Shown here one piece after another: positions 58,190-64,000 of a DNA stretch of 64,000 nt (positions are counted from its first letter, which is position 1; every line of letters begins with the position of its first letter). The DNA comes from a virus. Lineage: Duplodnaviria > Caudoviricetes. Under the pieces are notes generated by a model. That model saw only the letters and a list, made by a program, of their open reading frames with translations, searched no databases and was not told where the DNA came from. The stretch is taken from IMG/VR virus record IMGVR_UViG_3300017914_002346. One strand, 5' to 3'. The translations under genes were made by a program, and so were the position numbers.

Positions 58190-60260
58190 AACTATTAGCA
58201 ATATCATACCAGTCCCTAGTACTTGGTAATATATCAAATCTTTGATTATCTGTTGCAGCTTTATATTCTAAATATAAATCATGATGTTGTTGTGCAATAA
58301 GCATAGCTTCTGGTATTAAAATACCAAAGAAATTAGCTGCTCTGATACTACTCATTGTTGGAATAGTAGCTGATGGTCCGTAAGTATCAGTATAAATCCA
58401 AGCACGAGTCTTTTTAAACTCAAAATAATTTTTCATATAATTTTCTGATCTACCTTCAGGTGTAGTTCTCCAACTCCAATCATCGACTAATTCTGCACCA
58501 TTATTTCCTAATCTAGGATCAGTTGGTGTACCGATATACTTAGTTGGAGTTTGTAGTTCGTAACCTGTATCAAGTATCTTATTTTCTGGCATTTTTATAT
58601 CACCAAAAACTGCAATAACACCTCTAGAGCTACTGTCAGCTAATACAGTTATATAATGACCTATAACAGAATAATAAAATTGTATTTCATTATCAATTTG
58701 TTCTTGTTCTAAGTTAGCTGATATAAACCTTTCATAAAAATCTAAATCATCTTGACTTAAACCTGCATCAAAACCATACTCTCTTACTTTTTGAGTATCA
58801 AGAATACTAATACCTCTTTTAATACCCTCATCTGTATTTCTATATTCTTTTAAAGTTGATTTCATAACCTTATATTGTTCTTTAGATCTAAATTCATCTT
58901 TATAGAACTTACGCATTTTTTTACTTTCAAGGTAATTTCTTGCTTCAAAATTAGGATATTGTTTAGGCAATTCTAGAGATATATTTCCAAAAGGACCTGT
59001 TAAAGAATCAACAAATTTAGATACTATTAATTTATTTGACGCTATAATATCTTCTTCAATTTTATCCAAAGATCTAGTAATAGGTTTTACTTCTTTAGAA
59101 ACCGGGTCTACAACAGCTGCTTCTGGTTTAATTGTTTCAATGGGCTGTTCTTTTGGTTTTACTATTGTTTCTTCAGTTTCTATACTTGTAGTATTTGATT
59201 GTTCAGAGGTAGGTTCTTTAACTTGAGGTGGCTTTGCTTCTACTTCTTTCTTACCTCCTCTAGTGGTAACTTCCGTATCTTCTGGGAAGACTTCACACAA
59301 GTCTAACTGACTAATAGGTGTGGTTGAGGTAAATGCAAGAGGGTCCTGAGCTTGTAAGTTAGGTATTAAACTTGCAGGGTCTGTTAAATTTATACCACTT
59401 GTAAATTCACTTAAAGCACCTGCAGCTATATTAGAAATTGCGCTAGCTGGATCTTTTGCAAAAGTGTTAATAGCATCTAAAGCATTTAAAGCATCTGTTA
59501 AACCACCTATGTTAGTATTTGTTCCTAGTTCAGAAAAAGCGTTATTATTAGCAACTTGAGGAGTAGGAGGTGGTTCTTGAATACCGTATTCTTCTCTAAG
59601 TTTTTGAGCTGTAGCTTCCACTTCAGGAACAAATTCTAAGAATGTATCTATTATTTCCTTCGCTAAAGAATTAAATTGTTTAGGATTTTCTTTTGAATCA
59701 ATTAGTTTTTGCAACTCTTCTTGAAGACTCTTTTTAGGATCTGTATCTTCAATAAGAATAGTCCATCTTACTCTAATTCTATTACCTTCAGTTTCTACCA
59801 AGTATGGCCAGTCAGTATCATCGTTTGGTGTTTCTATACCGTTAGACTCTAATGTTGCAAGTCCATTTAAGATAGCTCTTCTATAACTACCGTATTTTTG
59901 TAGATATACCGCATCATTTCCTACTATAGTGCTTTGTTTAGAAAATAGAAAAGTAGGACCAAGCCAGGGTGATGTCCATTTCTTTTTCTTTTCATCCCAT
60001 ATTTCAGGTGAGTTTATTCTTTTATATGATTTAGATGGTAATGCAATAGGTAATATACCAGTTAATGTATATTCAACATATCTCTTTTTTGCTTCTACTT
60101 TTACATTATTAATCTTTGTGTTTACTTCTGTAGTAGTCTCAGTCATTTTAGCAAGATTAGCTTTTGTAGCCGCGCCACCTTTAACTAAGTTTGCGAGTTC
60201 TTTTTCTTTCTTTTTAATCTCCTCTAGCTCTACACTAGTTACACATCTCTTCTTAGCCAT
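58188..60260 (-). CDS. Hypothetical protein, 690 aa
   Basis: Long ORF directly after the PAAR gene; no family recognised. Confidence 0.7.
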   Translation of the reverse strand: MAKKRCVTSVELEEIKKKEKELANLVKGGAATKANLAKMTETTTEVNTKINNVKVEAKKRYVEYTLTGILPIALPSKSYKRINSPEIWDEKKKKWTSPWLGPTFLFSKQSTIVGNDAVYLQKYGSYRRAILNGLATLESNGIETPNDDTDWPYLVETEGNRIRVRWTILIEDTDPKKSLQEELQKLIDSKENPKQFNSLAKEIIDTFLEFVPEVEATAQKLREEYGIQEPPPTPQVANNNAFSELGTNTNIGGLTDALNALDAINTFAKDPASAISNIAAGALSEFTSGINLTDPASLIPNLQAQDPLAFTSTTPISQLDLCEVFPEDTEVTTRGGKKEVEAKPPQVKEPTSEQSNTTSIETEETIVKPKEQPIETIKPEAAVVDPVSKEVKPITRSLDKIEEDIIASNKLIVSKFVDSLTGPFGNISLELPKQYPNFEARNYLESKKMRKFYKDEFRSKEQYKVMKSTLKEYRNTDEGIKRGISILDTQKVREYGFDAGLSQDDLDFYERFISANLEQEQIDNEIQFYYSVIGHYITVLADSSSRGVIAVFGDIKMPENKILDTGYELQTPTKYIGTPTDPRLGNNGAELVDDWSWRTTPEGRSENYMKNYFEFKKTRAWIYTDTYGPSATIPTMSSIRAANFFGILIPEAMLIAQQHHDLYLEYKAATDNQRFDILPSTRDWYDIANS

Positions 60261-60262
60261 TG

Positions 60263-60559
60263 TTAACCCCCTGCAAACACATTAGGAGACCCAGATGCAG
60301 AAGCATTAGGTACCCAAGATCCGTGGCCGCCTGTAGAGTCTCCTTGTCTATGTACACCTATTCCATTAACAAAAACAGTACCGCTTCCACCTGTAGCAGG
60401 ATCACCACAACTAGTTGCATCTCCAATTCTCACTGTACTAGCATTATTAGTAAACACATTTGATGAACCTGAAGCATAAGCCGTTTGATGAAACGGGTTA
60501 GGTGTTGGTGATGCATGTCCTACGTGACTGTCTAATCCTACTCTAGTTACTGCTGGCAT
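60263..60559 (-). CDS. gp5.4: PAAR-type spike tip protein
   Basis: MPAVTRVG.D.H.GH, GS.NVF.N, RIGD...CG, GS.NVFAGG. Confidence 0.9.
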   Translation of the reverse strand: MPAVTRVGLDSHVGHASPTPNPFHQTAYASGSSNVFTNNASTVRIGDATSCGDPATGGSGTVFVNGIGVHRQGDSTGGHGSWVPNASASGSPNVFAGG

Positions 60560-61839
60560 TAGTTAAGATCTATCCTCGCTGCATCTACGTCTAAGTTACC
60601 AGTAATCTGGGTAGTTTGATCACCAGTAATAGTTTCACTTACATTACCACCTACTGTTTCAGTAATATTTTTATCTACATTAATTATTTGATTTTCTGGG
60701 GTTTCAATAGTCATGTCTTTTCCTGATATAATAGTCATAGTACTCATAGAAGTAGTTGAATGAGCTTTAACAGAAATTTCATCATGATTACCCATTACAA
60801 ATTTGGTTGAATCTCTATTAATAGTAAGATCTTCATTTCCACCTATAGTTGTTTTTCTATCCGAATCAACTATTCTAGTTTCCATTCCACCAACTCTTTG
60901 AACATAATCTACTTTAACATTTGAACCAAAATCTTTACCTATTTCTGTAAAATCAGAATTGTGTATTTTACTATGTCTACTACCTCTGTTAATTCTTTCA
61001 GTTTTATTACCTTCAACTTCTAAGTGATAATTACCCTTTACCAAGGTTCTCATATCACCTTCAACAGTAATGTTAAGATTACCTTTTACGAACATATTAT
61101 TATTTTTAAATGTTACTTCGTAATTATCACCTACAACAGTAGTTGCCATATCGCCATTATGTAACATTTCATAATTAGTTCCTGAATTATGAAACTGTGC
61201 AATTCTTGTTGCACCTGGTGTATCATCCACTTCTAATACATGACCAGTTTCAGATTGTGTAACTTTATTAAAAGGATATACAGGTTTTTCACCACCATGT
61301 ACGTCTGGATAATCCCATGTGTTTCTAGAATAGTAAGTATCACTTTTATCATCTACTAAAGAATTTACTCTAGGTGGAACAGCAGTTTCTACTCCTGTTA
61401 CTCTCTGATTTTCTCTAGCTGTAAAACTAGGATCAATCTCATAAGTAGATGTTCTTGCATGCAGAGGTTGATCAGTACTTGTAGTATAAACTGGATTTAC
61501 ACCTGTACTATCAGAATATGTACCTTCTGGGTCTAAAGTATTAGGTTGAGAAGGAAGTACACCCATAACTAAAGGCTGTTGCATATTTTTACCATCAGTA
61601 AAGAAGCCTACAACCCAGGCACCTTCTACAATACCTGTAGCTGATTGTCCTACTGAACCTGTACCGGCACTATTAGAAGGTAATATCATACTAGCCCATG
61701 GTAAATCATTTACAGATAACTCTTCTTTAGGTACGTCATGAATACCAAAACATCTTACCTTAACTCTACCCATTTCTTCAGGGTCGTTTCTATCTTCTAC
61801 AACACCTACAAACCATACCATTTCGCCTGAATACATCAT
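60559..61839 (-). CDS. gp5: Baseplate hub central spike (OB fold plus beta-helix, no lysozyme domain)
   Basis: WFVGVVEDRNDPEEMGRVKVRCFG.H, LPWA, WVVGFF.DG..QQP, YPFNKV..SETGH..EVDDTPG, 8-residue beta-helix repeats, RIDLN end. Confidence 0.93.
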   Translation of the reverse strand: MMYSGEMVWFVGVVEDRNDPEEMGRVKVRCFGIHDVPKEELSVNDLPWASMILPSNSAGTGSVGQSATGIVEGAWVVGFFTDGKNMQQPLVMGVLPSQPNTLDPEGTYSDSTGVNPVYTTSTDQPLHARTSTYEIDPSFTARENQRVTGVETAVPPRVNSLVDDKSDTYYSRNTWDYPDVHGGEKPVYPFNKVTQSETGHVLEVDDTPGATRIAQFHNSGTNYEMLHNGDMATTVVGDNYEVTFKNNNMFVKGNLNITVEGDMRTLVKGNYHLEVEGNKTERINRGSRHSKIHNSDFTEIGKDFGSNVKVDYVQRVGGMETRIVDSDRKTTIGGNEDLTINRDSTKFVMGNHDEISVKAHSTTSMSTMTIISGKDMTIETPENQIINVDKNITETVGGNVSETITGDQTTQITGNLDVDAARIDLN

Positions 61840-63077
61840 TGTTCGCTACTCTCTAATTGTGACTCTTTACTTAAACCTAACAGCATATTATGTTCATCTC
61901 TACTGTAGATATCTCTTTTTGATGTAATATAATACTTACCTGATACTCTATTATCAATTCTTCTATTCTGTTCAGATTGAGGCTCAGGTGTAGCAATTTC
62001 AAGTTCAATAATTTGACCCACGTCTATTAAAAAATTACCTACAACTTCAATTGTTAAGCTCTGTGATCCGTCAATATTATTGACTTTAATTTTACTTATA
62101 TCATTACTTTTATTAATTGTTCCATCACTATGAATGTTACTAGTTAATATGTCATATTTTGTTAAAGCTGGTTCATACGCATTTGATTTGTATTGTGGAA
62201 AATTATTTAAATGGTTTTCTTTATCAAAATTAGTAAAATAGTTATATACTACTTTATTGTTTGTCTTAGCAATAATATCAGGAGAATAAACTATACCTGA
62301 TATCTTACCTTTTCTCATACTTTCATGAATATTAAATTGATTATTATAGGTTAGTTTTTTAACAGCTCTTAAAGCTAGCTCAGAGTTAGGAGCTTGTTGT
62401 TCTCCTTTTGTACCTACAACTAAATTATAGCTATATTTAAATGCTGGTCTTTCACCATAATTATCTAAAGCTTTCTCTACAGGCATGAAGTTATAATTTA
62501 ATTTTGAATCTTGAAAAAATTTAAATCTAACTTGGTCTTTGGTCCAAACAGCTTTACCAGCTAACCAGTTAAGTGTATGTATTGGAGACCAGTTTGGAAC
62601 TACAACTTTTGTACTATTAGAACTTGGTTCAAAAGTGCCTATAGTGTCTACATCTGTTGCAAATTCATCAAATACTTGTCTTGCTATTTCACTTATATTA
62701 CCATTATATGATTTTATAATTCCTGCGTGTAAAGAAGTAAATGCAAAATGAGAGATGCACTTTAAGCTATACCCTCTTTGACTATCAAAGTTAGACATCT
62801 TTTCTAAACTAATTACCTTTAGAAAAAACTCTCTAGTCTCATCATTAGAACTTAAAGTAATAGATACATTATCTCCACCAGAGATTTTATATCTTTCAAA
62901 AACGTTTTGACTATCCATTATTAAAAGATCAACTGCAGTAGTATCACCATTAATAAAAGTGTTAACGTTTAGTTCTACAAATAAATCAGACACATCAACT
63001 TTAGTAACACCATTACTGATTATTACTTCATCTACTTTTATTCTACCCGGATAAAATTGATAGTCTAAATTACTCAT
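61836..63077 (-). CDS. Baseplate hub protein, gp27-like
   Basis: Lies between gp53 and gp5; VVVPNWSP...NWL, FFQD, GN..IDVGQII, SGKYYIT. Confidence 0.65.
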   Translation of the reverse strand: MSNLDYQFYPGRIKVDEVIISNGVTKVDVSDLFVELNVNTFINGDTTAVDLLIMDSQNVFERYKISGGDNVSITLSSNDETREFFLKVISLEKMSNFDSQRGYSLKCISHFAFTSLHAGIIKSYNGNISEIARQVFDEFATDVDTIGTFEPSSNSTKVVVPNWSPIHTLNWLAGKAVWTKDQVRFKFFQDSKLNYNFMPVEKALDNYGERPAFKYSYNLVVGTKGEQQAPNSELALRAVKKLTYNNQFNIHESMRKGKISGIVYSPDIIAKTNNKVVYNYFTNFDKENHLNNFPQYKSNAYEPALTKYDILTSNIHSDGTINKSNDISKIKVNNIDGSQSLTIEVVGNFLIDVGQIIELEIATPEPQSEQNRRIDNRVSGKYYITSKRDIYSRDEHNMLLGLSKESQLESSEQ

Positions 63078-63720
63078 TTGTTAATTTTCTTAACTCTTTT
63101 TCCATTTGCTGCACCAAATTTGAATTCGGTATTATAATATCTCTTTTCGCTTCGTTTAAATTAAATTCATAAGTAAATATAGAAACAGGAGTTAAGGTAG
63201 GTCTGGTGTATTGTCTATTAAAAGCATCTTTAGTTTCACCAAACTTAGTATCAAAAGAATAATAATTACCGTTAGTGTCTTCAAAATGATGTGGTCTGTA
63301 TTTTACACCGTGTACACCATCTGAGTCTTCGAAATTATTAGAAGTTGAACCTGTAAAATAAATTAACTCTCTAGTATCTACATCTGAAAGAGTAACTTCT
63401 GAATCATTAGGTTTTCTTTGTACTCTATATTTTTCTAATAGAAAACTATCTAACTGTCTTGAAGTTTTAGGCCAGTCATTATAAAGATTCATAATATTGT
63501 TAGCTAACATTATACACCAATGAAACTTAACTGTTCCATAAGTATTAAAACTTATGTGTTCTGGTGTTTCGTTTTCTTTTACATAATATGGTTGAAAGTT
63601 TGTTTGATCTAATAAAACTTTATCTAAAAGAGTTAATCTTGTAGAAAGATTTTTAAACAACCTTACTTTATTATCAGGAAATTGATATTCAATGTAGTTA
63701 AAATTATTAAAGTAGCTCAT
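63070..63720 (-). CDS. gp53: Baseplate wedge subunit
   Basis: MSYFNNF..I.Y, ETPEHIS...YG...HW.IMLANNI...DWP, HH(F)E, YE..LNEAKR.I. Confidence 0.9.
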   Translation of the reverse strand: MSYFNNFNYIEYQFPDNKVRLFKNLSTRLTLLDKVLLDQTNFQPYYVKENETPEHISFNTYGTVKFHWCIMLANNIMNLYNDWPKTSRQLDSFLLEKYRVQRKPNDSEVTLSDVDTRELIYFTGSTSNNFEDSDGVHGVKYRPHHFEDTNGNYYSFDTKFGETKDAFNRQYTRPTLTPVSIFTYEFNLNEAKRDIIIPNSNLVQQMEKELRKLTNE

Positions 63721-64000
63721 TATACACCACCATTACCACCAGGTCCAGCCGGCTGAGCTGCTGTGTTATTACTACCCACACTACCTGAAGTACTGTTTTC
63801 ATTTCCAAATATATCCCCAGCTTTTTTATTATCAAAAGACCCGGTTCTGTAAAGAGGTTCAATTTCAACAAACTGCAATCTAACAACTACTTCCATGGGA
63901 GCACCGTCATTAAACGTAGAGTTTTGTGTTTCACCGCCATAAGCTACATCTACACTTTGCAAAAAACAGTTTTTAGGTTGCATATGAAACTCCAAAGGAC
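63720..64000 (-). CDS. gp48: C-terminal part of baseplate tail-tube cap (partial)
   Basis: CFLQSVDV.Y......F.DGAP....LQF.EIE; position upstream of gp53. Confidence 0.7.
   Translation of the reverse strand, partial: PLEFHMQPKNCFLQSVDVAYGGETQNSTFNDGAPMEVVVRLQFVEIEPLYRTGSFDNKKAGDIFGNENSTSGSVGSNNTAAQPAGPGGNGGV

Noticed and set aside
160-62751. Short ORFs of 60-120 aa antisense to or nested in long genes (e.g. 160-411, 1609-1884, 44503-44844, 59929-60285)
   Set aside because: They overlap well-supported genes and lack motifs or RBS; expected shadow ORFs.
1-64000. Alternative genetic code, tRNA genes, integrase or transposase
   Set aside because: Core genes are full length in the standard code, intergenic gaps are too short for RNA genes in nearly all cases, and no mobile-element motifs were seen.

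Overview
AT-rich segment of a large T4-like (marine-type) myovirus genome: the late virion morphogenesis region, almost all on the minus strand. In transcription order (right to left): gp48 (partial), gp53, gp27-like hub, gp5 (no lysozyme domain), PAAR gp5.4, a 690-aa orphan, holin-like gene and GH24 endolysin, an opposite-strand 18-aa-repeat protein, gp25, gp6, gp7, gp8, a 1895-aa structural protein, gp14, gp15, fibre/connector genes, a ~12-kb cluster of 14 modification enzymes (3 glycosyltransferases, 4 radical SAM, 2 QueC-like PP-loop ATPases, 2 2OG-Fe(II)/cupin oxygenases, carbamoyltransferase, SGNH-like protein, methyltransferase), gp16, gp17, ~20 kb of fibre/decoration genes, gp18 and the first codons of gp19. 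The main signal is a tripeptide, D-S-D/E, strongly enriched in unrelated, probably surface-exposed virion proteins. It is spaced at 14- and 18-residue periods in helical segments, sits at fixed loop positions in repeated domains, and uses both TCN and AGY Ser codons. It is nearly absent from terminase, lysis proteins, the enzymes and the core baseplate proteins. My inference is a phage-encoded virion post-translational modification system (sequon plus tailoring enzymes, e.g. Ser O-glycosylation and/or Asp hydroxylation). All annotations come from reading motifs by eye; no searches were run and counts are manual.
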